A stretch of DNA of 63,731 nt, the filler included, from Collodictyon triciliatum (taxonomy: Eukaryota), in assembly GCA_043381765.1 (NCBI GenBank). It is 6 parts of 6 records of this genome, joined end to end, with 100 filler letters (N's around TTAATTAATTAA, not from the genome) between each part and the next. Parts side by side here need not be neighbours in the genome. Positions count along the whole stretch, not along the records: positions 1 to 13,470 come from JBHJMP010001978.1; 5 more parts are not named here. One strand, given 5' to 3'. The translations under genes were made by a program, and so were the position numbers. This document shows positions 1 through 13,470 of the stretch, piece after piece; the first letter of the stretch is position 1, and the number at the start of each line of letters is the position of its first letter. The notes below the pieces were generated by a model, which saw only the letters and a program-made list of their open reading frames with translations, searched no databases and had not been told where the DNA came from.

Positions 1-101
<101 letters not shown>

Positions 102-294
102 ACCAATCGTTTTTTATCGTTTAAATATCGACTGAATTGAAGACCATAAAATACATACGTTTATTTGATTGAAATTGTTAATGGAATTGTAATTGCCGTG
201 TTTGCACGTTATGGTTTTGATGCATCATCGAAATCGTGCTTACTTTTATATCGATATAATTTGAAGCTTATGGATATACTGGCGTCATCTATAG

Positions 295-1518
295 ATTGCA
301 TCATACAATGTATTTCTTCGCCCGCCTGGCATTGTGGATGGAGGCAGTATCTTGAAACCATCTTCTTTTGGAAAAGAAAAGAAAGATGCAAGAGTATCCC
401 ACATAGTCAACGCTATATCGAAATTTGATATTGTGGGACTCCAAGAAGCATTCGATGCATATACTGATCGGCAAGAGAAGATTATAAATGGAGCAAAGTA
501 TGGACGATTGATCTCATGATAAATTCTGCTTTGACCGTTGGTTTCTTTTGTCGAAAAGAGAGAGAAAACAGCTGTTTTATACCTTTCCAGAGAATAAGCC
601 ACTCCATAACATTAAGATGATGGTCATACATTTAAATGGGTGATATTTTTTTGTTGCATAAAAATCAAACATATATATTCAATAGAAAGAAAGGATTTAA
701 GTTTCACCATCGATCCTCGCCTGCCCCCAAAATCCATGAAAACTTTACAAAGATCCTTGGTGGGTTGGTTGGTGGCCAAAAAGGAATCAAAAAGAAAGGT
801 GACATTCTCCCATTGGTCGATGGAGGGCTTGTTTTGCTATCGAAGTATCCTATTTCAAAGAAGACGGAAAAAATATTCAAAGAAGGTGCAGGAACGGACA
901 GGTAGACAAATTCTTAAAATATGATAATATGCATCAAAACAAGCAAAAGAAAAAGAAAAAGGCATAAAAAATAGGTAATGCTATCATAGACTAGGTCTTG
1001 ACCTTTTTCTTGCATCTGTTTTCTTGTGCTATATGTTTATTGAGGATAGATTCGCCACAAAGGGAGTCCTGTACGCCTTAGTGCATCATCCCATTACTCC
1101 TATCCATGTGTTTCTTACGCACTTGCAGGCTGGATTTAAGAGGAGTGGGGATGTGCCACACGACCAACTCGATGTCATCTCAGCGTTGGTCAGGGAGAAT
1201 ACCACAAATGACGATTACCCTTTGATTGTCATGGGGGACTTTAACATTGATTACAGGGTTCCAGAATTCCGACCAACTGTCGATGCATTCAGAGATAAGC
1301 ATCATTTACGTGACCCGATGCCTTTGGACGAATCCAATCTGCGCATCCCCACTTCGCTAAACAAGTCCAAATCGTCCATTGATTATATCCTCCACCGAGA
1401 GCACAGAGCGATGCGCCACATGGCCACCTATACCGAGGAGCTTGAAAAGAAAGGCAATGCCCAGGTTCACGGCCATCTTTCCGACCACGTGATTATCATC
1501 TCGGAGTTCGCTATGTGA
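295..1518 (+). CDS. EEP-superfamily phosphodiesterase, neutral sphingomyelinase-like (3 visible exons, 5' end not seen)
   Basis: Exons ~295-496, ~686-901 and ~1050-1518 with GT-AG introns give IASYNVFLRPPG, FDIVGLQEAFD, DGGLVLLSKYPI, DRFATKGVLYA, THLQAG, VMGDFN, IDYIL and LSDH, the ordered EEP/sphingomyelinase motifs. Confidence 0.85.
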
Positions 1519-1846
1519 TGCACGCACAGGTGACTGGCTTCCAGTCACGGCGCAGAAATCCATAAACATCTGCTCGACTCTATGCATTATTTCATTTTGT
1601 CTGCTCTTTATGTTGATGATTTTCTTTGAATAACCTGACAGTTTTCGGTATTGTTTAATTATCATCAGTGTAAACGATGCAATTTAAAGACTCATCCATC
1701 TATTTATCTATCTATCTATATACCATCCGTCTATTTGTATATTTCTTTATTTCTTTGTTTCTTGGACTCGCATGCCACTCAGTACTGCACACATGTTGTT
1801 GCTGAGAATAACCGGGCGACATCCAGACAGACAGGCCCTATTCCGC

Positions 1847-3130
1847 CTAGCGGTTGAGATAGAAGATGAGGAACTCCTTGAAATTGACCTTTCCACTGTT
1901 GTCCTTGTCGATCTTGTGGAACATCTTTATGAGTGTCTCACGGTCATATCGATCAATAGGATAACCAAGCTCCTTCAGGACACGCTTAAGATCATGATGG
2001 TCCAGCCCTCCATCGCAGTCGCGGTCATGTCGATCAAAAATTTCTCTTGCTTCGCGGGTGCGCAGGTCTGATGCCGGGTCACTTGTTGATAATCGCGCAG
2101 AGGGCTGAGAAGCTGCCGGACTGGCCGGGTCAGTCTTTAAGGACACGGCGGGGGAGGATGCTGGCTGGAATGCGACTGGGGTGGGATACGCGTATTCATC
2201 CGCGGTGGCCTGAGGAGCAGAAGCAGAAACTGGGGCTGGGGCAGAGACTGGGGCTGGGGCAGAGACTGGGGCTGGGGCAGAGGCCACGACAGGACCAAGC
2301 CCAGCAGATGCATCCGCATGAGAATACGCTTGAGCCGGCTCCGAGACCGAGACACCAGAGGGCTGCGCGGATGCATCAAAATTAAGGAAGACATGTTCGG
2401 GCACGGCCAAAACCTGTTGCGGTGTAGCTTCTGGGGCCTCAACCGGCTGCTCTGGTGGCGGCTGATAAGCAGGGAATGGCGGGGCACTCGGTTGGACTGC
2501 ATGAGAATCTACTGGGTAGCCGGCGTTGGGTGCGTTGTATGCTGACGGTGGTTGGCTTGCATACGCATTGTATGGCTGGGGCGGAGTCGACTGGGGCGGA
2601 TATCCACCGTACGATTGTCCAGGATTCGGCTGGGCTGGGTTCGACTGGGGTGGATACGGTTGAGGCGGATATCCACTGTACGATTGTCCAGGATTCGGCT
2701 GGGCTGGGTTCGACTGGGGTGGATACGGTTGAGGCGGATATCCACCGTACGATTGTCCAGGATTTGGCTGGGCTGCATAAGGCTGAGCTGCAGGGCCGTA
2801 GGGTGGGTATCCTCGAGGTGGATATTGGCCTTGTGGAGGTGGGTATTGACCTTGTGGAGGCGGGTATTGGCCTTGAGGTGGTGGGTATTGACCTTGTGGA
2901 GGTGGGTATTGACCTTGTGGAGGCGGGTATTGACCTTGTGGAGGTGGGTATTGACCTTGTGGAGGCGGGTATTGACCTTGTGGAGGCGGGTATTGACCTT
3001 GTGGAGGCGGGTATTGACCTTGTGGAGGCGGGTATTGGCCTTGAGGTGGCGGGTATTGACCTTGTGGAGGCGGGTATTGGCCTTGAGGTGGCGGGTATTG
3101 GCCTGAACGAGGGTAGTGACCTGGATACAT
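1847..3130 (-). CDS. Pro/Gln/Gly/Tyr-rich repeat protein with C-terminal EF-hand pair (427 aa, single exon)
   Basis: Uninterrupted ORF. N-terminal PPPQGQY repeats; C-terminal EF loops DRDCDGGLDHHD and DKDNSGKVNFKE. Confidence 0.85.
   Translation of the reverse strand: MYPGHYPRSGQYPPPQGQYPPPQGQYPPPQGQYPPPQGQYPPPQGQYPPPQGQYPPPQGQYPPPQGQYPPPQGQYPPPQGQYPPPQGQYPPPQGQYPPPQGQYPPRGYPPYGPAAQPYAAQPNPGQSYGGYPPQPYPPQSNPAQPNPGQSYSGYPPQPYPPQSNPAQPNPGQSYGGYPPQSTPPQPYNAYASQPPSAYNAPNAGYPVDSHAVQPSAPPFPAYQPPPEQPVEAPEATPQQVLAVPEHVFLNFDASAQPSGVSVSEPAQAYSHADASAGLGPVVASAPAPVSAPAPVSAPAPVSASAPQATADEYAYPTPVAFQPASSPAVSLKTDPASPAASQPSARLSTSDPASDLRTREAREIFDRHDRDCDGGLDHHDLKRVLKELGYPIDRYDRETLIKMFHKIDKDNSGKVNFKEFLIFYLNR
2820..3102 (-). 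repeat. Coding 21-bp tandem repeat (PPPQGQY x13)
   Basis: Plus strand shows repeated ccttgtggaggcgggtattga units with synonymous variation. A 69-bp x3 repeat follows at ~2590-2775. Confidence 0.95.
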
Positions 3131-4068
3131 GATATCTCTTTTTGGAGAGAAAAGGCGAGTACAAAATATTTAGATATCATGAAGATGCTGTTGGTAAAGA
3201 AGTGGGCGGCAGGAAGAACAGTGGATGCTACGGGAGTGGCCTTTCTTTTTATTTTCTGTTTCGACAGAGGGGATTTGCTAACTCAAGTGAGAAAAACGAA
3301 AAAAATGGAAAAAAGGGGAAAGGGAAAAGAGAAAAAAGACAGAAGAAAAAAGAAAAAGAGAAAAAAGAGAAAAAAGAGAAAAAAGAGAAAAAAGAGAAAA
3401 GAGAGAAAAAAGAGAAAAAAGAGAAAAAAGAGAAAAAAGAGAAAAGAGAGAAAAGAGGCAAAAGAGAGAAAAGAGGCAGCAGACCGCCCGATCACTTGCC
3501 GGGATAAGCCCGTGCATATCCGATCGTCGTGCTTGCGGGCAGTTTGGCGTGATCGGCGCTTCTTGGCTTTAAGGTGTCGGCTGTGTGGTGCTGCCAACTT
3601 TGTCGATTGGCTGGGCTCATTCAGCCTGGATTAGTATGGCCCTGGTGTACGGTACTTTGGGTCGACTGGACTCCAGCGCAACCCCCCCGCAACAACCGAA
3701 GGAATTCCAAACACAGATACGTAAAAGGGTTCGCAACACAGAAACGAATCCAGCCAAAAGCTGTCGCAGGTAGGAATTGATGGCGCGAGAGGGAGACAGG
3801 GGAAAAGAAAGATATAGCTTCTTCGGTTTAGACATCTGAACAAGGCGCACGAAATGCTGACATAATGAAAGCTGGTCGAGATATTTGAGTGTGAGATGAA
3901 GTCGTGGGGTGGATATTTGATGAGCAGAGAAATATATTGAACGCACACGCCGCATCGCTCTCGCGGTGCGCGATATAAATGGTCTCCATTTGGGTGACCA
4001 TAAGTGGCGCTGAATCATGTAATGCTGTTCCTTTTTGTCTTTTGTTTTTTGTTTGGCCTTTGTTTGTT

Positions 4069-5099
4069 TTATTTCTTTTTGCTTTTATCACTGGACTTGC
4101 GACTGGACTCTGCTTTTTCAATCTGTTTTTTAAATAATAATTATAATTATAAAATAGAGTGCTATTTGTTACAAACAAGGTAACGTGTCATTCATCTAAG
4201 TCTAATTATATATAAAAGGGTTGGACAAAGGAGAAAAATAATCATGCACTAATGACATACTTGCTAATATTTACAACTTTTACAAAGTGGATTCAAAAAA
4301 AACAAACCTTTTCATGTAATTTCCTTTGGACAACCTCGCGTTGCCAACCTTTCAACGGCTTAGGCTCTTGTGGTCCACTGTTTAAGGCTTGCTGTTTCTG
4401 CTCTTGATATGCCTTAGCATAACGGTCAGCCCATTCCGTTCTGCACCAAGATAATAATGCACTGTTAAGACAAGGATAAATGCCAAGGAAAACAAGGAAT
4501 GAGGATAGTACGACAAATACCATATACCTTGCAGTCTGCTTTGCTGCGTTTCCACATCCGTGTGCTTCGGGCAAACTCAGATCCACAAAGTTATGAATAC
4601 AAACCACGTATCAAAATTATTGTTAATTTAATGGTATAGACATATTACATACATAATGTTAAAAGGACATAACAGCCGCAAAATATTAGGTCAAATACCT
4701 GTGACCGAAGCAGAAGCGCTTTCGGCAATGCATGCAATTAACCCCCATCATGTTCGTTGATTTTCCACATCTTGCAAAAGGGCACTTTGTTCTAGACATA
4801 ACACAAGTGTTTATTGAAGCAGACTGTGCCGAGTCGATAAAATAACCAGGTCCTGTAAAACTATCATCAATTATCAGACGTCATAGTGATATCTCTTACG
4901 GATCAAACTCTTTCAGAATTTGCTCAAACTCGAGGTCTTGTTTCTCCTTTAACTCTTTAGCTCGTTGAGCTTGTTTCAAAGCTTCGAGGCTATTCCCTCC
5001 CTGTGTAATATTTTCATAATAAATGCAGCATAATTGGTTTCTTTCCAAAAAAAAAAATTCATCAGGTCCTTGATGAGAAAGGGTTTAAAATTAAGGGCT

Positions 5100-5152
<53 letters not shown>

Positions 5153-8100
5153 TTCAATCGAAATCACACTTTGCCCCCTTTTTTCAAGGAGCTCCCAGAT
5201 TGTTGCGCGACTGGCGAACTGAGTGTTGAGGCTGCCTCTAATTCGGTGGCCTTTTTTTTTTTTTTGAAAAAAAAATCATGTATATATTGGTGGACACAGC
5301 AGTTAAAGGAAGAGTGTTTGTGTGGCCTGATACAAGTAAAGATTTTTTTTTTAAAAAAAAAAACAAACAACAACAACAACAACAGTATGCAAGTAACAAA
5401 GCATAGTGAGAGAATTTTCTTATTAACTAAAATGTAGCTTCCTCACGGTCCTGCACAAAGTTGAAAGGAAGAATAAAAAAAAAAAAAAAAAAAAAAAAAA
5501 CTAAAATGTAGCTTTGCGATGCTTTTTAAAATCTTTTTAGTTTCTATTAAGTCATGGCCAGCAACTTACTTTCTGCAGTTCGTCTGGATCTCTGGCGTCA
5601 TCATCAGATCCATCAGGCTCATCCAGACTCAAAGCTCCAAAAGTGTTTATACTTCCTGACCTATGCGATGTGTCTTTCTTTTCTGGTAATTTATCTGTTT
5701 GTTGGGACAATTTTTTCTGTGCACCCTGTTTTTTGTGATCAACTTTCTCTAGTGACTTTGCCTTTTTTCTGATTATAATGTGACGGGATTCGCCCTCACC
5801 TTGACTTGAGTGTGTAATTTGACTCCCAGCTATCTCTTCACATATCTGATGAACTAAAAATCGTTGATGGGATGAAAGGGACGAAGAAAATTGAAAAGAT
5901 GATTCATTAGACTTGAGAAACTCTTCGATTTTGGAACGAGTGGATTTTTCAAACTCAGCTATCCATGTTGTATCTTCTGTGGAGGAATCAAATTTCGACT
6001 GCTGCTGTCCTTTTGCAGGTTGTTCGCGACCTTGTCGGGAAACCTTCGTTATTGGGTCAGTTTGCTTTTGTACTTTTACTGTTTGAGATTGCGAATTTTG
6101 TCCAGTAGGATTTCCATCATCAGCATGATGGGATTCAGGTGCCTCGGTTGATGGTATTGTAAGTCCTGTCTCTGGCGATGAAGCAGACCGATAATCTCCG
6201 TGCTCAAAAAAATACTCATACATATTTCGAAGAAACTCGTTCGATGATATCTAAATCGAAAATAAGAGTGGGGTTATTATTAGACAATTTCTAAAGTAGT
6301 AATGGTGGTTCCTATAACCTAATTTCCCTCTAAAAGGCTCTGTGATAAAGGCATTCATTCACAGATACAACTGTTACAACTCAACTGTTTCAGAATCGCC
6401 AATTAAGGCTACATGGCGACGTGCTCGGGTAACAGCCACATTCATTCTTCTCTGGTCGGAAAGGAAGCCAACCTCTCGTTTATCATTTGATCTTACCAGC
6501 GATATTATCTAATATTATATGTGCAATTAATCTTACTACCGTATAAAAAACTGCAAATGTTACTTCAACCGTTATGTTTTATCCATTCATAGTACAATGA
6601 GTTGATAGTGATAAAATTTATTACCACTGCTTCCTTTTCTCTCCCTTGAAATCCGTCCACGGTGTCAATCTCGATAGATGAGTAGGTTTCTCGGATCACC
6701 TCTCTTAGTTTTTCGACCTAACAGCGTGATTTATATGCGAATACAACATTGATTCATTTTGAAAAGGGTATCTTGGTAAAGGATCAGAAATGTATTCCCA
6801 TGTTGTCTTTAATTCGGTAAAGTGTTTAATTATAATGTGTATGTGCGTGAGAATCTTCTCCAATATAAATATACTTGTGCGTTGTATGGTGTGATAATTG
6901 CAATATCACATATACTCAGACCAGACTGAATGAGACAGCTGACATACTTTGAAACAACACTGACTTCCTGCTCATTAAAAGTCGAGTCACCTATAATTTG
7001 TGATGAATTTTTGAATTAGACATATATAAATGGGCAGAATAAATAGGGTTATAGTTTCCAAAAAAAAAAGTTTCAAAGGTTATTTATTTTCTACTGTATT
7101 AGGTCTGAAGCTTCGTATCAAAAGGTGAGAAACAAAATGAGATACATACCATAACTCTGTCTACATTCATCGAATCCACATCCTGCTGTATCAACAAACA
7201 CAAGAATATTCGATGTCTCGGGTGTACTTTAGTTAGATATAGGCCGATTTTCAGAATATAGTTTAGTATTTGACAGATTTCATTTGAAGGTTGAATTATG
7301 TATGTGACTTATAAACATAATTCCTTTTAATTTATTGAAGGGGAATTACTTTTCTACGCTAGGAATCTCCATTAGTGTGTGATTTTTGACAGATTCATGC
7401 GCAATCAACTTTCCACTATACATGGCGTCAGACGACCACTAAAAATAGTTTCCATCAAAATTCTACATTTCAGGAATGCTGATATGCCATTATTTCGGCT
7501 TCAGACTAGCGCAATAAATGTTTGTTTTTGTTTGTTTTTGTTTGTTTTTGTTTGTTTTTGTTTGTTTTTGTTTGTTTTTGTTTGTTTTTGTTTGTTTTTG
7601 TTTGTTTGTAGTATAGTGGATCTGAACCTTCATAATTTTTTCATTCATGCGGTACTGAATATTGAGCAATCGTGTAACCGTCTGTCCATACAGCTGTATA
7701 TAAATATTCGTAAAAAAATAAATGAAAATAGATGAAACTAACACAACTATCAATATTGCTTTGTAACTTGAGTATCTTGTTATGAAAAATGAATAATATG
7801 CAATCTAGAATCTCTTTTTTTTTTTAAAAAAAAATAGAATCCAGGTATGAGAAAGAACATTCCTAACTAGCAAATCGTGTATCAATGATGATAAAAAAAA
7901 AACCTTATTAATTCGATCAAAGAGTGTTGTTCCAAGACCACGTTTCTCAGCCTCCTTTGATTTCACGGTTGGAGGAAGTTGTTGGTGGTCTAGATGAGAC
8001 AAAGGTTGTATATATATAAAAAAAGGACCATACTATGCGTAAAAATTTAATTAGGAATTAAATTGGATGTCGAGCAATATTTTTTTTCCTTTAGTCGATT

Positions 8101-10792
8101 CAAAGTTGATATCATGTAATATAGAAGATTGGATACCTCCAGCTAGGACCACAGTGGATGTCTTTAATATTGGGATCCAACAAGAAGCCTCGAGTGCCTG
8201 TGCAGCTTCGTCAATCACAACAAGATCAAATCTTGGGAGATATTCAGAAGATGCCATTTCCACGCCTTAGAGCAATGTCCTCAAATCATTAATTCGCCAT
8301 TCAAAATAAAAGGAAAAGATTGTTCTTTTCTTAAATAACAGAATTTCAGTTAATGGAAGAAAATAAATGCGATGATCTCTATGAGTTTTATTTTCAGTAT
8401 GTTGATGAAAGGAAAACCTATGTTCGTGGCTAAAACCACATTGACGTTCTGCATTATTTCTTCGACTACTTTCTTCTCTCGGTTTCTTAATTCCTTGATT
8501 TAGAAAAGTAAAATAAATTACGAAATCAGGATTCCCTTGAAGACGATTTGTATCATACCTTTCTTAGTGTTTTAACTTCACCTCTGAGTCGAAATATATC
8601 GCTTTTATCTCTTATCTTACTGAATGATTTTAAAGCAGCATCCAGCTCTTTCTTCACATCTTGAACTATCTCTGGTTTTAGAATAAAAAAAGGAAGAAAA
8701 ACTGTTATTCATACTTACAAAAAAATGGTATTAAAGTTAGTGGTTGAAATAATAATCATAATCATGAAAAAGGTAACAATAGAGCTCAAAATAATAATAA
8801 AAAAAAAGACCCGTTCCTTCAGCCTTAGAAATCAATGAATCTAGTGTGAAAGGTATGACACTTGGTAAGATTCGGGCAGGATGTCCGATTCGTACAAATT
8901 TGATCGATTGTCCATATGGAACAAGACGTTCAGCCTTTAAAGTTTTTTTATAAAAAAATAAACTAGATTATTCATAAATCATTATATACAAATCCTTTCT
9001 CAAGTATAAGGTATAAATAGCAAGCTTAGTTACAAGGAACAGAGAAAAAAGTGGTCCAAGGAAAAATAAACAAGAAGGCACTCGATTATCAACACTTCAG
9101 CATTAATACCAGGTTGTCTACAGCTATGTTAGATGGTGCGCATGCCAGTACTTTGCGACCCTGCTTTACCGCCTGTGCTATTAATTCTACAACTGTAGTC
9201 GTTTTCCCAGTCCCTATGAAAATTTATGCTTTGATCTATTGTGGGAAAAAATACTAATCCCAACTACAACGATTGATCAAATGTTCCAGCGTTCAAGTGT
9301 ATTCATACAAACCAGGAGGTCCATGAATAAGGGCAACATGTTTGTAATGTTAAGAAAAAAAATATTGGAATTAGGGGCGAGGAGCAAATGGAATTAATAC
9401 GATATTATTTGGGGAAGGTATTTTCACAAAGGATATCTCTGGCGGATAAGGCAAAAGAAATGGCATCTAACTGGGGCTGGTTCAAATTCTTGTTTTCAGT
9501 TGACACTGGCCTCATTTCTCCTACATGATTAAATTTCATTATTGGATGAAAGAGAGGAAAAGAAGAACATCTTTATGAAACAGTATCATTTTTTATAAAT
9601 CAGCAGTCACCAAAAAGAGGTTCTGTCTCGCCAAAGATGACTTGAAGTAGACGATAGCTAGGATGATCCACACGGAGAGATCGTATTTCCTCCATGGCTT
9701 TTTTCATTCGATTAAAGGTAACCTGTTAAACATAAATTTATTATGTGTGTGCTTCACCGAACTAAATATGTTTTATTTTTCACTGCAGAAAAATCAATTA
9801 AGTGATAAATTGTGAAAAAATATTATTATGATTATTTTTGCTTTGAGTCATAATTATAATCACGAAGAAAACAAAGATGAAAGAGAAACATTTACATCGT
9901 TCGCCAACTTGAAAAGGATCACAGGTTCCTCTATGTTTGTATCTGAAGCCTCGGAATCACAAGCAATAGTAATTGTTTTTTCATTCAATCGGTAAACAAC
10001 ACCACTAAGCTTCATTTCTTCTGTGATTGGAACATTGGCTGGCTTGATCCCTACGATGTCACCTGGAGACAGTTTCGATGAAAGGATGATTTGGTCACCA
10101 AAAAGAAAAGGAGTTTATTTAAAAATATGTCTAATAGGAATAGATGGGTTTGCATGTTTCATTTTTTTTCGTCTGAAATAAAATAATCATTTTTATCTTT
10201 TATTACAACATATACATGACAAGTAAGTGTGTTCACCTTGCGTGAATTTGTGAGCAGGGAGAGGTCTATCGTAGGAAAGCGAGAAGGATATCATGGTGCG
10301 GCCCCCAAGCCCGCTTGAAATATCATGCACTCTCATCTGTAGCAAGACTATTCCTTTGGCCTGTAACTCCTAGATCGAGAGACCAAGTTGAACTTATGTG
10401 TTCGTAGGACAAATCAAGTGTTTTCGTTTACATCATGATAGATTCCATTTTTTTCCCTTCAGATTCTTTCTTTTTCTTCTTGGATGATGTTTTTTCTTCT
10501 TTTTTTTTTTTCAAGAAGGTACAGGGAGTTGGTCGATTTGGGAATATTATTTTTGTTTTACTACAGAAGCAGTAGTAAGTGCAGCGTTCAATATCAAGAT
10601 GTTTGAAGGAAACGTTGGTGATCACAAGGGAGGATATGGTCTGCAAGTTGTCTCATTTGGAACTTTGCGGCTACAGACCTTTAATGGGATCGCAGACCGA
10701 AACTCTGCTGCCTCTCGCACTTCTTCATCGCGTTCAGTTTGTAGCAGCTGAAGGGTTGTGTGAACAAAGTCTTGAAGCTTTGCGTCAGACAT
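4069..10792 (-). CDS. IGHMBP2: IGHMBP2/SMUBP-2 Upf1-like SF1B helicase with R3H and AN1 zinc finger (multi-exon)
   Basis: Start [25 protein letters not shown]. Motifs [65 protein letters not shown] and [13 protein letters not shown]3[18 protein letters not shown]1 finger [26 protein letters not shown]. Ends KSKKK*. Confidence 0.95.
9340..9436 (-). other. U12-type (minor spliceosome) AT-AC intron, 97 nt, phase 1, in IGHMBP2
   Basis: Minus strand reads ...gcc aga g|ATATCCTTTG...TTCTTAACattacaaAC|at gtt gcc.... Removal restores [17 protein letters not shown]. Confidence 0.9.
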
Positions 10793-11260
10793 GAAGATTT
10801 TCTACCCTGGCCTGCGATAGTATATCTAAGTGCGCAGTTTAGCAGATAATCCTCTCCAACTGATGTGTCCTTTTCTTCCTCTCTCTCGTCAAAGACCTTT
10901 TCTTTTAAAGTATACCATCTCAAATCGACCAGAATTTTATGTATAAGAACAGTCATCATCGGACATCGCTCAGTCGCAAATCAATAAAGATAGATGTGTT
11001 GAGATATGTATTCTCTTGTTTATTTCTTTTAATTATTATTCATATTTTCCTTCTATTTTTCTTTCTTGCTTTTTTCTATTTTTCTTCTATTTTTCTTACT
11101 TTTTTTCTTGTTTTTTCTTGTTTTTTCTTGTTTTTTGTTTTGTTTTTTTTCTTGCTTTTTTACTTGCTTTTTTATATACTGATTTTAACCTCTGTGTTGT
11201 GAGGGTTCCTGATCGCTCTGGAGTAATTCCAAGAATCCGAATCGTTGTGCCTTTTTTTTT

Positions 11261-11392
11261 TTTGTTTGTTTGTTTGTTTGTTTGTTTGTTTGTTTGTTTG
11301 TTTGTTTGTTTGTTTGTTTGTTTGTTTGTTTGTTTGTTTGTTTGTTTGTTTGTTTGTTTCTGTTTTTGTTTTTGTTTTTGTTTTTGTTTTTG
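11261..11392. repeat. (TTTG)n/(TTTTTG)n microsatellite
   Basis: Directly visible. Confidence 0.95.
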
Positions 11393-12768
11393 ATTTTTTG
11401 CTTCTTCTCTTTTGTCGTTTTCACAAAGATACCGACAGCACGGCTCCACCCTTTGTGTTTTGTGGCTGTAACGTTACGAACAACGCATTGTCAATTCTTC
11501 TGTCACGCAGCACCGGAAATAACGCTTTTGGGCGCCAAGCAACCTATATTTAGCGAAAATTAACGCCCACAGCCGAGAGGAAACTCGTGATAACACCCAA
11601 TCCCGAAAGGGGAGACCATAACCTTTTTTTTTCTTCGCGGTTTTGAATAACGCTCGTCCCTCTATTCTCTGTGTGGTGTGGTGTGATGAGGAAGAAGACA
11701 GGGATGCGCTGGGGTTTTGATAAACTGGCGATCAAAGATATCACAACAGACATATACGCACACACACCCAGTTTCCCTGCTGTGGACTCAAAGTCCTTCA
11801 GGCTGACAAGAGCATAACATAAGGTGGAAAAAATAACAGGACAAGAGGTTGGAAAGGACTCTGGCGTTGATCATATCTCATCGGTTGAACTTTTTTTTTG
11901 TCTATTTGTCTTTTTGCTTTTGGTTTTTTGATCGTCTTTGTTATTCTTTTTGTTATTCTTTCTATTATTCTTTCTATTATTCTTTCTATTATTCTTTCTA
12001 TTATTNNNNNNNNNNNNNNNNNNNNNNNNNNNNNNNNNNNNNNNNNNNNNNNNNNNNNNNNNNNNNNNNNNNNNNNNNNNNNNNNNNNNNNNNNNNNNNN
12101 TTTTCTTTTAATTTTTCTATTATTTTTTCTATTATTTTTTCTATTATTTTTTCTATTATTTTTCTATTCTTTTTTTCTTTTTTTCTTTTTTTCTTTTTTT
12201 CTTTTTTTCTTTTTTTCTTTTTTTCTTTTTTCTTTCTTTTTTTCTTTTTTTCTTTTTTTCTTTTTTTCTTTTTTTCTTTTTTTCTTTTTTTCTTTTTTTT
12301 TCTTTTTCTCTTGTTTTCTTTTTTTTTCTTTTTCTCTTGTTTTTATATCCTTGTACATAGAATGAAATGAGGGATAAAGGTCTACAAAAATGTTAATTTG
12401 TGCTGATGGACAAAAGATTTCTTATTGATACCATGTGCTCCTCATGAATAGCATAGAAACCCTGGAGCACTAGAGACTAATTGCAAAGTTCTATCAGCTT
12501 TCGTTTTGCTTTTTTTTTTTTGTTTTTTGTTTTTTGTTTTTTTGTTTTTGTTTTGTTTTTGTTTTGTTTCGTTTTTGTTTCGTCTTTGTTTCGTTTTTGT
12601 TTCGGTTTTGTTTCGTTTTTGTTTTTGTTTTTGTTTTTGTGCTTGGATACCAAAACATGACAGTCGCTAACTTTCACCCAAAGGCTTTTTTTCATGCTTT
12701 CAAGTCGAGAAAACATCATAATCCTTTTTTTTTTAAAAAAAAAAAAAAACGTGTCACAAAGTCAAGCC

Positions 12769-13340
12769 TCATCTTAACTCAGAGAATGCATTTTGTGGGT
12801 TATATTGGTCGAGCTGTGGATTGCCCGGTTGTTCAGGTCTGTCAGTACATCTGGAATCTTCTCGCTGATAGCCTGAGCAGTTTGGCTGCAGGTCTTTTGG
12901 CTTCTTTTTGAATCTCACACAAGCTCTGAGCCATCGCCCATTCATGGAGATGTATCCTCATATACTTTCTACCCGGTTTGCGCATTATGCGAAAGGGTGT
13001 TGATAATAAAAAGGAAAGAAAAAGCAAAAAAAAAAAAAACAGGACTTCGAAAATCCTTCTACGGCGCGTCGTTTCGTAGCTGTCAAAGTGTGATTGGGAG
13101 CACAGAACGCGGCAGTTCTTTGTTGGCTGCGACGCATTTTTTTTTTTTCCCCTTATTCGATTCAAGGATTCACTGCGACGCATTGAAATATGAAGTCGCT
13201 TCACAAATATTGAGACTTACGTCATGCAGACGAATACTTGCACTCCATTCTTTACGATCGATCACGTAAGTCGGCGGGATGAGCGAGGCCGAACCCACAT
13301 ACCACGAAAGCCAGTCCTGGTATCTGTGTGCCTTGCACAC
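12769..13340 (-). CDS. 3' fragment of a hypothetical protein (truncated at spacer)
   Basis: Exon-like open frames (CKAHRYQDWLSWYVGSASLIPPTYVIDRKEW; GYISMNGRWLRACVRFKKKPKDLQP...) with a GTAAGT donor. No family recognised. Confidence 0.3.
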
Positions 13341-13470
13341 CTCAAATAACATGGTATCTTTTTTTATTCTCTCTTTTTTTATTCTATCTTTTTTTATTCT
13401 ATCTTTTTTTATTCTATCTTTTTTTATTCTATCTTTTTTTATTCTATCTTTTTTTATTCTATCTTTTTTT

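Noticed and set aside
2047-3180. Long alternative-frame and antisense ORFs over the PPPQGQY repeat
   Set aside because: They are shadows of a stop-free tandem repeat; only the 427-aa frame carries a domain.
3116-3634. K/R/E-rich and F/S/L-rich ORFs here and at 11-12 kb, 15.3-15.9 kb, 21 kb, 44.8-45.5 kb and 51.4 kb
   Set aside because: They are translations of microsatellites in introns or intergenic DNA.
7990-8136. IGHMBP2 intron with donor GTATCCAAT as a possible U12 intron
   Set aside because: It mismatches the TT at +7/+8 and has no CCTTAAC-like branch point.
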